From NCBI GenBank assembly GCA_937897365.1, contig CALCOP010000155.1:1-34906 (forward strand): DNA of 34,906 bases, read 5' to 3'. Every line of letters starts with the position of its first letter. Position 1 is the stretch's first letter. A model generated the notes under the pieces. That model was not told the origin of the DNA and ran no database searches. It saw only the letters and a program-made list of their open reading frames with translations. Source of the DNA: an uncultured euryarchaeote (GTDB lineage Archaea > Thermoplasmatota > Poseidoniia > Poseidoniales > Poseidoniaceae). This document shows positions 15,518 through 26,400 of this stretch, piece by piece. A program made the position numbers and the translations under genes.

Positions 15518-17506
15518 ATGAGGGAAAACTGGCCGCCGGCAAAAATCTCTCTCAACCCTGAGAAAAGAGTATTATTCCTCACAAAAGATCTCAACTTAAT
15601 CAAACAACAATTGTATCATGGATTAAATCTAAGGATGGAAGATTTGACTGTTGACGACTTATTGGATGATATCAATACCGACGTCATGACTCCAGCATGG
15701 GTTTGTTTCGACCACGACCCCTCGGAAATCGCAAAAAACGCTTATGCTGGCTTAATGCATAACGGCATCCGTGTGTTCAATGAAAATGCGCTCAAAAACG
15801 GAAACTTCGAAGTCATCGTATCGGGGCAACGAAAAGGGACGGGTTCTTCGAGAGAAACTGCACCACAGTGTGAGAGATGGGCTGGAATTAACATTGTTAT
15901 CGCTGCGTCATTTGCTCCAATTCATGGGCAGAACAACATTAACCTCGGCCAGTTAATGGGTGACCACGCTATGCTCGAACGATTACAAAATGGCGAGAGT
16001 ATTGATTTAGAAGAATTTACCTCACGATACGATGAAGTGACTCAAATCATTTTGCAAAAGGGGGGGTTGTTTCCTTTTGCTAAAGCACTCAAAAAAGGGA
16101 ATGTTGAATTGCCTGCGATCAAAACTCCCTCACGTCCAATGACAATGGCTGAGAAAATTATCGCTCGCAATCTTGTCGGGCAGAAACAAGGACAGTGCGT
16201 CAAACCTCACGATCCCGTTATCGCTCAAGTGCAAGGCGGGTATTCTCACGAGTTTACGACTGCTCAAGTTCACACATTCCTCAAAGAGGAATATGGTGAA
16301 GATTATACTTTACCAAACCCGAGCAAATTCGCTGTTTTTGAAGATCATTTACTCTATGCACACCACAACCCAAAATTTGTCAAGCACATGGATAAAGTTC
16401 AGACGCTCCGTGATCTACAAGTCGCCTTTCAAAAGCACACTTCTGTTCGAGATTATTCGGCGAAAAATGGTGTTTCACCAGGTATTTGCCATCAAGTTGC
16501 ACGAGAAGAATTTATTGAAGTTGGAGATTTTATTCAAGCGACAGATTCTCACACATGCATGGGTGGAGCAACAAATGCGCTCACATGGGGAGTTGGTGCG
16601 ACTGAATATGCGAACCTCATCAGCGCTGGATTTACTTTTGTCAAAGTCCCGGAATCTATTCGGTTTGAACTCATAGGCGAACTCGCGCATGGATGTACAG
16701 CAAAAGACGTCATTTTGTTTATTCTCGCAGACCACGCAAGGAAGGAATTGACACTCAATCGTAGCATGGAATTTGGTGGCGTGGGGATGGCAAGTCTATC
16801 AGTGGACGAACGAGCAACTCTGTGTAATATGGCAACTGAGTGTTCCGGTCGTACTGGAATTTGCGAAGCGGATGATTTGTTGTTTGAATGGATTATGAAA
16901 GCTCAGCCACATTTAGATCTTGAAACCCAAAAGTCACTCTCGGTTCATCCCGATGAAGGTGCTCAATACCACGGCGGCGTGCACATCATTGACATGTCAC
17001 TTATTCAGCCAATGGTCGCACATCCAGGCAACCCGAACAAAGGAATTCCAAGTGACCCTACCAACGGTGCGAACATCTCAGATATTGGAAGTGTCGCTAT
17101 TGACATCGCATATGGTGGCTCATGCACTGCTGGAAAGGAAGACGACGTTTCCTATTATGCAGTGGTTTGCCAAGCAGCAGAAGATGCTGGTTTAGTCGTT
17201 AAAGACGGCGTGGAATTTTTCATCCAATACGGATCTGGTATTGTGAAGGATTTGGCTGTCCGAAAAGGTTGGCACGACTTGTTTAAGCGCGTTGGTGTCA
17301 AACTCATCGATCCAGGGTGTGGTGCTTGTATTGGGGCAGGTCCCGGCGTATCGATTACTCCTGACCAAGTCACTGTTTCTGCTATCAATCGTAATTTCCA
17401 AGGTAGGTCCGGCCCAGGTAAACTTTACCTGGCAAGTCCGTTAACCGTGGCAGCTTCTGCATTCACCGGAACAATTTCATCGTGGCACGCTGATTTGTTT
17501 AATTAA
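15518..17506 (+). CDS. Aconitase-family Fe-S hydro-lyase, single chain with swivel (LeuD-like) domain N-terminal to LeuC-like domains
   Basis: N-terminal DDINTD and GTGSSRETA; then MTMAEKII, GICHQ, DSHT, GSCT, GCGACIG, NRNFQGRSG and YLASP. Confidence 0.85.
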   Translation: MRENWPPAKISLNPEKRVLFLTKDLNLIKQQLYHGLNLRMEDLTVDDLLDDINTDVMTPAWVCFDHDPSEIAKNAYAGLMHNGIRVFNENALKNGNFEVIVSGQRKGTGSSRETAPQCERWAGINIVIAASFAPIHGQNNINLGQLMGDHAMLERLQNGESIDLEEFTSRYDEVTQIILQKGGLFPFAKALKKGNVELPAIKTPSRPMTMAEKIIARNLVGQKQGQCVKPHDPVIAQVQGGYSHEFTTAQVHTFLKEEYGEDYTLPNPSKFAVFEDHLLYAHHNPKFVKHMDKVQTLRDLQVAFQKHTSVRDYSAKNGVSPGICHQVAREEFIEVGDFIQATDSHTCMGGATNALTWGVGATEYANLISAGFTFVKVPESIRFELIGELAHGCTAKDVILFILADHARKELTLNRSMEFGGVGMASLSVDERATLCNMATECSGRTGICEADDLLFEWIMKAQPHLDLETQKSLSVHPDEGAQYHGGVHIIDMSLIQPMVAHPGNPNKGIPSDPTNGANISDIGSVAIDIAYGGSCTAGKEDDVSYYAVVCQAAEDAGLVVKDGVEFFIQYGSGIVKDLAVRKGWHDLFKRVGVKLIDPGCGACIGAGPGVSITPDQVTVSAINRNFQGRSGPGKLYLASPLTVAASAFTGTISSWHADLFN

Positions 17507-17650
17507 AACGAAAAGTTTGACCACCGTTCAAAAAGCGAACGAACGATGACATTTGTCTTAGACATTTAAGAACCGTCGGTTTTGGTGGTTGCATACCACA
17601 TAGGCCCGATGTCATTCGGACAGAGGAGGACCTTTGCTGGAGGAATACCC

Positions 17651-19744
17651 ATGTCTGGCATCGCTCAAAAACTCGCCTCAAATCAAAAACAAGTTGCTAT
17701 CTCAGAGTTTTTTGAAAAGAATAAGCATTTTCTCGGATTTGATTCTCTTGCGCGTTCGCTTATTACAGCAGTAAAGGAAGCTGTCGACAATGCTTTAGAT
17801 GCATGCGAGGAAGCACGCATTTTACCTACAATCAAGATTCAAATTACGAAACTTGACACGAAAAAAGATATCATTCGCCTCGTTGTTGAAGATAATGGTC
17901 CAGGAATTCCTCAAAAAAGTATTGAGAAAGTATTCGGTCAACTTTTGTTCGGTTCTCGATTCCACGCTATACGACAATCACGTGGACAGCAGGGAATCGG
18001 TATCACCGGTGTGGTGATGTATTGTCAATTGACAACAGGGCGTACAACGCATGTCCGTTCAAAGATTGCAACAGAACCAACGGCTGCCTATGTCGACATC
18101 GGCCTTGACACCCGCAAAAATAAAGCTACAAAAGCCAATGCAGGACGAGAAATTTGGTACCACGAAGACGGAACTGGAAAGGAGCACGGTACAGAGATTA
18201 CCGCTGAAATGAAGGCGAAATATCAGAAAGGTCGGCAAAGTGTTTGGCAATATCTGCGAATGACAAGCATCGTTAATCCACATGCTGAGATTACTTTTGT
18301 CGACCCGGAGGGTGAAACACATCATTGGACTCGGGTCACTGAACGACTACCGACAAAGGTCGAAAGCATCAAACCCCATCCACATGGTATTGAACTGGGT
18401 CAACTTCAGAGAATGGTTGCAGAATCGAAAGACCTGAATCTCAACCATTTCTTACTCAATAATTTCTCAGGCGTCACCAACCGTGCTCGAAAAGAATTGT
18501 GTCAAGCGGCAGAGCTTGAAGGAACGCGAAAAATGAAGACGATTAAAGGCGATGATGTACGCGCCCTGTTGGAGGCTTTTCAGGGAGAACGGCACTTCAA
18601 TGCATTACCAGTTAAATTACTGAAACCACCAACAAACTGTCTCTCACCGATTGAAGAAATGTTGATCAAAAAAGGACTATCGAAAACTATCGACTCGCGA
18701 TTCGCTACCACTCTTACCCGCGTCCCTAGTGTAACACAAGGAAACCCGTTTCAAGTCGAAGTCGGATTAATCTTTGGAGGGACTATGGCGAGCGACAAAC
18801 CAGTCGAAATTCTTCGTTTTGCAAATCGAGTACCGTTGATGTATCAGCAGGGAGGTTGTTTACTCACGAAAGCGATTGAGAGTGTTGATTGGCGACAATA
18901 TGGATTGGAACAAGCAGGTGGAAAGGGCGTACCGAAAGGTCCAGCAGCAATTCTTGTACACTTAGCAAGCACCAACGTTCAGTTTACTTCTGAAGCAAAA
19001 GAAGCGTTGGCAGACAATGCCGAGGTGATGGAAGAAGCAAGAAAGGCAATGCTTGAGATGGGGCGCGGTTTAAGGAAACACTTAGAGAAGAAGAAGAAAA
19101 TGGCAAAAACCAAAGAAAAGTTTGAGCTCATCAATGATATTCTTCCAGCAATTGCTGAAAAATCCGCTCAAATTCTTGAACGTCCAATCCCCGAACTTTC
19201 TGGTTCTATTACCAAAATTATGTCCGCCGTTATTTCAGAATCAACAACTGAATGGAACAAAGAAACCAAACAAACCGATGTGGAAATTGTCTTGTTCAAT
19301 TACACGAGTCGTGTCCGGGCCTATACAATTCTTGCAACATGGCCTGAAAAATCTGGAGCCACCATGGAGAATAATGAAACTGGAGGGCGGAAGGAAGCAC
19401 TCGGAGTTTGGGCGTGGAAACTCGACTCTTTACAGCCAGGAGAGAAGACCACAATTTCCTACAGTTTAGGAGGGTTAGAACGCGGTGACTGGACGGATAC
19501 TGAAATCCTGTTTCGAGGTTCTCAAGACGTCATCGGTGCAACTAAAATGGATGAGAAATTCCTCCAAGAAATACGTCGTCAAGAGCAAATCATGGATGAA
19601 AACGGTGCTACAACCCCGCAAGAGACAAAGAACGAGGAAGCTGCGGAACCCCCGGAAAAGAAAGCTGAGTCTGTTGAAGAGAAAATTGAACCTACAGTAG
19701 CACCTCCAGAAGGCCAACGAACATTATTCGGAGGTGATGTCTGA
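17651..19744 (+). CDS. top6B: DNA topoisomerase VI subunit B
   Basis: ISEFFEKNKHFLGF, GHKL motifs (KEAVDNALDA, EDNGPGI, SRGQQGIG), RFANRVPL, FTSEAKEA; ATG 17651 after GGAGG. Confidence 0.96.
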   Translation: MSGIAQKLASNQKQVAISEFFEKNKHFLGFDSLARSLITAVKEAVDNALDACEEARILPTIKIQITKLDTKKDIIRLVVEDNGPGIPQKSIEKVFGQLLFGSRFHAIRQSRGQQGIGITGVVMYCQLTTGRTTHVRSKIATEPTAAYVDIGLDTRKNKATKANAGREIWYHEDGTGKEHGTEITAEMKAKYQKGRQSVWQYLRMTSIVNPHAEITFVDPEGETHHWTRVTERLPTKVESIKPHPHGIELGQLQRMVAESKDLNLNHFLLNNFSGVTNRARKELCQAAELEGTRKMKTIKGDDVRALLEAFQGERHFNALPVKLLKPPTNCLSPIEEMLIKKGLSKTIDSRFATTLTRVPSVTQGNPFQVEVGLIFGGTMASDKPVEILRFANRVPLMYQQGGCLLTKAIESVDWRQYGLEQAGGKGVPKGPAAILVHLASTNVQFTSEAKEALADNAEVMEEARKAMLEMGRGLRKHLEKKKKMAKTKEKFELINDILPAIAEKSAQILERPIPELSGSITKIMSAVISESTTEWNKETKQTDVEIVLFNYTSRVRAYTILATWPEKSGATMENNETGGRKEALGVWAWKLDSLQPGEKTTISYSLGGLERGDWTDTEILFRGSQDVIGATKMDEKFLQEIRRQEQIMDENGATTPQETKNEEAAEPPEKKAESVEEKIEPTVAPPEGQRTLFGGDV

Positions 19745-20841
19745 TGTCGAGAATGCGAACCCCAGAAGAAACGAAAACAGCAATGCATGAAGTTGTAGAA
19801 GAAATGTATGACCGTATTGTAAAGGGGGAACCTCCAACGATGACTCTACCTGTTCGAACAAAGAACAACATCGGTTTTGACAAGAAACTGGGCGTTTACA
19901 AATACGGTAAAAAGAAATCAGTTCGAGATGCGACGAGTCTTGGTTCTGCGAAACAATTGCTTCGTGCCTTGCATGTTGTAGAGTTTATTGAAGAGATGCT
20001 CGATGCAGGAAAATCCTCGACGTTAAGAGAAATGTACTATATTTCAGAAGCTTGGGGAATGGGTAAATTTGGTAGCCAAAATGAATCAAATAACCTTGCC
20101 GAAGATTTAGAAATTGTAACGAAATGTCTGCGTGAAGATTTCAAGTTACGTCCAGAAGAAGACGGAGCTCGTATGATAGGAAACCTCACCTTACGAGAGA
20201 GAAACCGTCGTGGAGAGTGGATGCGAATCAATGCACGAGACGATGTTGGAGATTCTGGATATGGTGTGCCATACAATGTGGAGTTAGAGAAAATTGAATT
20301 GCTTGAGCACGACATTGATTTCATCATGGCCATCGAGACCGGTGGTATGTTTGACCGCTTGATAGAAAACGGATTTGATGAGGCGTATCGATGCGGCCTC
20401 CTCCACCTCAAGGGCCAACCGGCACGTTCAACCCGCAGAATAATGAAAAGAATGAGTGAGGAATGGGATTTGCCTGTTGTCGTTTTCCTTGACGGCGACC
20501 CCTGGTCGTTCAGAATTTTCGCCTCAATAGCTTATGGAGCCATAAAAACGGCTCACATTTCAGAATATTTAGCGACACCATCTGCAACGTATCTCGGTAT
20601 TACCGCAGACGATATTGTCGCATATGATTTACCAAGTGATGACTTATCGAAAAAGGATATTGAAGCACTGAACGCCGAGTTATCTGACCCAAGATTTGCT
20701 GACAGTTGGTGGCAAGAGCAGATTAACATGATGCTTGAACTCAACAAAAAAGCTGAACAGCAATCCCTGGCAAAATACGGATTGGATTTCGTAACTGAAA
20801 CATATCTACCTGAAAAATTAGCTGAACTCGGATTGGCTTGA
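19744..20841 (+). CDS. top6A: DNA topoisomerase VI subunit A
   Basis: STLREMYY (catalytic Tyr), TOPRIM AIETGG and DGDPW, KAEQQSL; 1-nt overlap with the top6B stop, GGAGGTGA SD. Confidence 0.96.
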   Translation: MSRMRTPEETKTAMHEVVEEMYDRIVKGEPPTMTLPVRTKNNIGFDKKLGVYKYGKKKSVRDATSLGSAKQLLRALHVVEFIEEMLDAGKSSTLREMYYISEAWGMGKFGSQNESNNLAEDLEIVTKCLREDFKLRPEEDGARMIGNLTLRERNRRGEWMRINARDDVGDSGYGVPYNVELEKIELLEHDIDFIMAIETGGMFDRLIENGFDEAYRCGLLHLKGQPARSTRRIMKRMSEEWDLPVVVFLDGDPWSFRIFASIAYGAIKTAHISEYLATPSATYLGITADDIVAYDLPSDDLSKKDIEALNAELSDPRFADSWWQEQINMMLELNKKAEQQSLAKYGLDFVTETYLPEKLAELGLA

Positions 20842-20883
20842 CTCGCGCAAGGATTCATTGAGGATGAGGGCTGAGGGCTTACT

Positions 20884-21924
20884 ATGGCAGGAGAGGTTGC
20901 ACCACGGTCTCCTTGGGCCAAACGTTTAGCAATTGCAGGCGCACTTTTCCTCGTCTTCGGAGCGATTTTAATCAATTCGCAAAACGAAGCAATCGATTCC
21001 ATGTATGACCCAAGAGAGATGTCCCTGGCAGAACTCGGGGAGGGAAATGATCAAAACTTTGAGGTTGAAAAAGGGCAATGCTATATGGCAATCGTAAAAC
21101 AATCAAGTCCAGATGTCACCGTCAGTATAACACCCATCGTCGGTGGTTCAGATGCTGCAAGTGAACCTCTTGAACCAAAATCATGCTTCTCAGATTGGAC
21201 TCCGATGTCCAGTGATGGGACACGTTTCGTAATATTGGAACAGTGGGTGACTGAAGAAAAGAGCGAAATGACCGCCAGCAGTTCGTGTTCCGAAGATTCC
21301 TGTGAAGAATACACAGTTTGGATTACTCAAATAGAAGACACGTGGATGTTCGGTTTTTTTGAATTCCAGAATCTCGTTTTTGGCGTAGGAATCTGCTGCC
21401 TTGGCCTTGTTTTGTTGCCCTTAGCTGGACTGCTTGCTTATTCTGCGCGAAGTAACGCACTTCATGGTACAATCAAAGTTGTAGATAATGACGGGGTGTT
21501 GCTACAATCCTACGATAGCCAAGAAGATTTGATGGCTGCATTGAACGATTCGAACAGCCCGCTGTATCAGGGTGCGGCTACGAATGAACCCCAAGGCGGC
21601 ACTGAAGAGCAGGACGGCTTTGTCGACGGTTCAAGAGATGTTATGCAAGGAACCATGATGACCACAGAACAGGTCTACGGTTTCATGCGAGGGGAAATTC
21701 CCGAAACAACACAAAGGGTCGAGGACCCCTTTGCCGATTCACCCTCTCCTGTTCGGCAACCTGTCAAGAAAAAGGTCGCCAACACATCAGCTATATCTGA
21801 CTGGGACTCAGGTGGTGGAAGCGATGAACAGAACGAGCAAACTCGACCTAAAAAATCGAAACTCAAGGAAGCGAAAAAGGAAAAATCTGGAACAGATGAT
21901 TGGTCGCTTTGGGATGATATGTGA
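20884..21924 (+). CDS. Hypothetical membrane protein (two TM, acidic cytoplasmic tail)
   Basis: 346-aa ORF with N-terminal and central hydrophobic helices. Confidence 0.7.
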   Translation: MAGEVAPRSPWAKRLAIAGALFLVFGAILINSQNEAIDSMYDPREMSLAELGEGNDQNFEVEKGQCYMAIVKQSSPDVTVSITPIVGGSDAASEPLEPKSCFSDWTPMSSDGTRFVILEQWVTEEKSEMTASSSCSEDSCEEYTVWITQIEDTWMFGFFEFQNLVFGVGICCLGLVLLPLAGLLAYSARSNALHGTIKVVDNDGVLLQSYDSQEDLMAALNDSNSPLYQGAATNEPQGGTEEQDGFVDGSRDVMQGTMMTTEQVYGFMRGEIPETTQRVEDPFADSPSPVRQPVKKKVANTSAISDWDSGGGSDEQNEQTRPKKSKLKEAKKEKSGTDDWSLWDDM

Positions 21925-21933
21925 GGTTGAGAA

Positions 21934-22548
21934 ATGCGGGAAAGTTACTTTCGTTGGGGCGCTGGAATTCTCTGCTTACTGCTGTTAATTCTACCATCTG
22001 TTCTGCCACCACCAGTGATCGAAGACGGTGCTACAGAAAGTGCAATGCTCCCACCATGTGATGTTGATGAGGGACTGCCTTTCATTGAAAACGACGAGGT
22101 GACCTGCTATTGGGGGATGTCACAAGAAATTCTACCCCTGCCCGAAATTGTCGATGCTGTCGATGTGAAAGTTACAATTTCCTGGGAAAAAAGTGGCGTA
22201 TGGATAGGTATTGCAGAAGCAAGCGAAGCGAATAAATGTACGCTCCAGGATGGATATTATGAATGTGAGAAATACGCAGTAGAACTCGTGGATGGAGGGC
22301 CAAATTCAGGTAACAGTTTCACCTGGGACGCTTCAAGCGGTGATTACCGATTCGTTGCAGGTGGCGACGATACCCAAACATTGCAAGAGTTTGAAGTTGA
22401 ATGGGAATATGAAGCCTCATTTGAAATCTCTCCGGGTCTTTACTATGCCTTCGCCGTATTGCTTGGAATATATGCCAGCCTTGGAATCGCTGGTATCATG
22501 CACCTTATCTCAAAAATAGTCCCCACTGAAAAATCAAAAAACGAATGA
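21934..22548 (+). CDS. Hypothetical membrane protein (N-terminal signal/TM, Cys-paired ectodomain, C-terminal TM)
   Basis: 204-aa ORF; GAGGT SD; 9 nt from the upstream gene. Confidence 0.7.
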   Translation: MRESYFRWGAGILCLLLLILPSVLPPPVIEDGATESAMLPPCDVDEGLPFIENDEVTCYWGMSQEILPLPEIVDAVDVKVTISWEKSGVWIGIAEASEANKCTLQDGYYECEKYAVELVDGGPNSGNSFTWDASSGDYRFVAGGDDTQTLQEFEVEWEYEASFEISPGLYYAFAVLLGIYASLGIAGIMHLISKIVPTEKSKNE

Positions 22549-22572
22549 AAAAATCCTTTTCATAGGTTTTGA

Positions 22573-22590
22573 TTGAAGCGACGCCTTCAA
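22573..22590. promoter_or_regulatory. Inverted repeat TTGAAG-N6-CTTCAA upstream of the ArsR-type regulator
   Basis: Exact 6-bp arms ending about 29 nt before the TTG start at 22619. Confidence 0.4.
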
Positions 22591-22618
22591 AGAGTCCCAG
22601 CCTCTAGGTAACTTTGAG

Positions 22619-23383
22619 TTGAGCAGTGTGGAAGATATTGATACCGCCCTAACCTTGCTTCAAAACAAGTTACGTCGCCGAATTCTCGAACGGTTAGTTC
22701 GAGAGCCGCATTACCCAATGCAACTTGCGGAATTACTCGATGTAAGTCAGCAAGCAATCGTCAAACACTTGAAGGAATTAGAACGCGGTAATTTCGTTAC
22801 GAAGATGAAAGTGGCAAGTGAGAAAGGAGGCCCACCGAGAACAATCTACAGCGTTCAACAATCGCTTTCACTGCGAATTGACCTGGGACCGGACCTCTTT
22901 CTTTGTGAACAAAGACAATTGCCTGCCGGAGGCCCAATGCGGCTCTCAAATCGATTACCGAATGCAACTGAAAATGTCGTTCAATCCGTCAGTGGAAGGA
23001 AGAAAATCTCAGTAGGTGAAGGCATGGCTCATATTCAACACTTGAACAGCATTCTTGAAGATATTGATTCACAGCGCGATGCTGTAATCGCTTTACATCA
23101 ACACATCCGCAATCGAATTTCTGCTGGAGTAGATTCTGACTTCGAACATTATGAGCAGCGAACTATGGTTCACAGCCTCATTGAAGCTCCTGAACGGAAA
23201 TTAGACCTCACAAATTTAAGACGCGAATTGCAAATCGGTCAATCCGAAATGGCAAACCTACTCGATGAAGTTCGAAACCGTCTTGAGCGGCAACTCTCTG
23301 ATCGTGCAGGTCAAATCATCGCTGCTCCAAACAACTCAAATCTGCGATTCTGGCTCGGCTCACTCCCTCAAAAGAAGAAGTGA
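22619..23383 (+). CDS. ArsR-type winged-HTH transcriptional regulator with coiled-coil C-terminus
   Basis: LQNKLRRRILERL...YPMQLAELLDVSQQAIVKHLKELE...GPPRTIY. Confidence 0.85.
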   Translation: MSSVEDIDTALTLLQNKLRRRILERLVREPHYPMQLAELLDVSQQAIVKHLKELERGNFVTKMKVASEKGGPPRTIYSVQQSLSLRIDLGPDLFLCEQRQLPAGGPMRLSNRLPNATENVVQSVSGRKKISVGEGMAHIQHLNSILEDIDSQRDAVIALHQHIRNRISAGVDSDFEHYEQRTMVHSLIEAPERKLDLTNLRRELQIGQSEMANLLDEVRNRLERQLSDRAGQIIAAPNNSNLRFWLGSLPQKKK

Positions 23384-23410
23384 TTCATCTCAACGAGAGT
23401 CTCACCCTCA

Positions 23411-26400
23411 TCAGTCTTCAGCGCCGGCCAAGACCGACACGAGGGATGATTGCTCAGCCTTTCGATCCAAGACATCCTGGCGGCGTCCACGACCAACGAG
23501 GTACACAACACCGAACAGAGCGAATGTCAACAGAATTACTGCAAATGGCAGAGCTGTCTTACCAACAACCTCGCCAGCGACATCTATTATGCCACCAGTT
23601 GATTTCAGTTCATTCTCAACAGGTTTGACGTTATCACTTTCTTGAGTCTCCACGATTTCATTGGATGGGTCGACGACCACATAAACGCCGTGACTTCCCG
23701 CAGATACTGGATAGAGAAGAACCAATTCGATTTCTTTGTAATCTTCAGAATCATCTGGAGCAAGGAGTGCACCAATGACTTGACGCATGACAATGCTTTC
23801 ATCATCGCAACCGTTCTTCTTGATTTCGTTAATCGTATCAGTATCGGAAGCATCCGAGTATTCACACAACACAATTTCAATGTCGGTCGCATGGGTATTT
23901 CCATCATTCCGCAGAACAACACGAACTGGAATCGTTGTATCAACGTCTCCCGTATCATCAGAAACGCTCACTTCAGCGAGAACCAAGTTCGGAGCACGCA
24001 ATCGAAGTGTAACGATGAATTCATTCGTATCAAGGCTTTCAGCAGCCCACGATGGTGAATCATCATGGTCTCCGCCTTCGGCCATATTACCCATCTTGGA
24101 AACCACCTTCAATCCAATACTGCGTGTATCAAGTACTGCAGACGGCGCAATCTTAACGATTGCAACAACCGGGTAAGTCGTGTAAGGATCCATCATTGGC
24201 ATGAAATATCGTTCATCGGATTCAAGGTAGACACAGCGATCACTCAAGTCGGCAAAGGCTGTTGCGGGGTCGATGGCTGCATCTTCATCACCATTGACCG
24301 TATCAAGAGAAGCAACTATTTCACACGGTTCTTCCGTAGTCAAATCTGTTCCAATTTGTTTGACTAAGCGCCATTCAACAGACCATCCATCAAGTGCGCC
24401 CATTCCAGGTAACTCGTTCCAAATCAACGCTTCACCATCACGGTTAGCGGTGTGGTTGTTGAGAGTTGGCCAGTCCGGGACGTTACCGTTGTTCGTAATG
24501 TTCAACTCGAAACGCACAATACGCCCTGGCGCTGAAGTCTTGATTGCATTATCAACAGTTGAATCCATGCTGATTTGCATATCGTAGAATTCCTGAACAT
24601 AGACGGGCATGCTTTGCGTAAAGCGCAAGCGTGTGAGCCGTCCACTTGCATCTGGGTAGGATTCTTCTGAGAAGGTCTGGAAGACAACCATATAGACGCC
24701 AGCTTCGACTTGGTCCGGGATATTCATGGTGATATCGAAGATTTGGTCCGTATCACGAGATAATTCCTTGAGTGTTTCACGTGGAATGTCGATATCCCAA
24801 AGAACGTCAACACCAGCAGGGTCCGTAACTCGAGCCAAACGATAATCGAAACGATCAGGTCCGTTACCAAGGTTGGTTACTGTGGTCGACACAATGATCT
24901 GCTGACCTGGATTTACCGGGAGTACTTCTTGCCCATCGAGTGTCATCATATCGACATCGTCGATATCTGCGTCTGCAACCAATGAGTAAACATGGTTAAC
25001 ATTCGTCGACAAAATCTTAGATGCTGAAATTCGCGGGTATCCATCAAGATATGCCTTCAAGATAACTGCTGGGCCAAGGCCTGCCGATGCACCGGTTGGC
25101 GCACATACTTCGACGCCTACTTCGTAAGTGATGTATTCAGCACCTGGCGGGATTGTCCACGCTCGAGGTTCGCTGACATCCACAGAGTTGCCTCCGGGAG
25201 CATTCGAGAAGTCAAGATTCACGACCCAATTGTCAACACGCCACGCATCCATGGAAATGGTGTCTGGCTTCGCTTCCGGCGCACCGGGGGTGACGAAGAC
25301 TAAACTTCCAGAATCAAAGTTCTTGGTTACATCAATCGGATAAGTGACACATTCTCCTGGGTCAACATACTCGCTGGTATCGAAGATTTCCATAACGATG
25401 TTACCTGTCGAACGAATTGATACGAATACGCCGAGTTCAAGAACATCGTATGTGCCCTTTTCAATTGACTTAATCGGCTCACCTTCAGACCAACCTTTGA
25501 GATAAATCACGAATGCACCGGGATCCTCAGATGTAGGAACCAGCACTTCCAAATTCTTCGTAACCGACTGTCCAGGGTCCAGTTCAACACTCGTTGGGAA
25601 ATTAACAGCCCAATTGAACGGCAACAACCATTCTTGCTGTCCTTCCAAGGTGTATGGATCCCAGAAAATGAAGCGATCATTAACGTTACCAGTATTGGTA
25701 ATTGTAATGGAGAATATCGCAGTTTGACCTTGCTCGACATCGGCCATACTGTGCGATGTATCGAGGTTAATTCCGTGTACGACATCCATCAAAGTACGGG
25801 TCACCAAGTCTGATTGAATAGCGGGGTCTTTGTAGGATTTCGCCGTCACTGAAATATCTGCAATTTGGTCTGCATCTGCTTGATAGACAGACGGAGCACG
25901 CACTCGCATGTAGAAGCGAATATCCTCTCCTCCTTCAAGGAAAATAGCGGTGTCTGGCATGATTGTCGTATGGTTATCTGCGAAGAACAAGGTTGCCGTC
26001 CAGTTTTGTGGTACGCCTGAAATGTTGAGGCCAAACGTATCTGCAACGAGGTCTTTAGGACCCGGTGTCGAGTTGTTCATCGACATGTTGTAGATGGTTT
26101 GCTGTCCTGGTTCAATGACGTGATAGAATGTTTCACCATCTTGGAAATCGACATCGACTTGGCCTGTTAGAACGTGCGAATAACAAATTGTGAAGCGATT
26201 GTTATTGGCTTCTTCACTGCACTTGTTGGTGTCAGACCAAGCTATGTGGGCACCACTTCCCAAATCATTTGAGAATGCTGGAGGCATCCCAATACTCGGC
26301 TGACTTCCAGAATTCGGACCGAGTTTATTGCTCGCCCAAGAAGTAACTGCTACAGTTTCCCAAGGGTCTAATGCAGTAAGTCCAGGTCCGGTGAGGTCAG

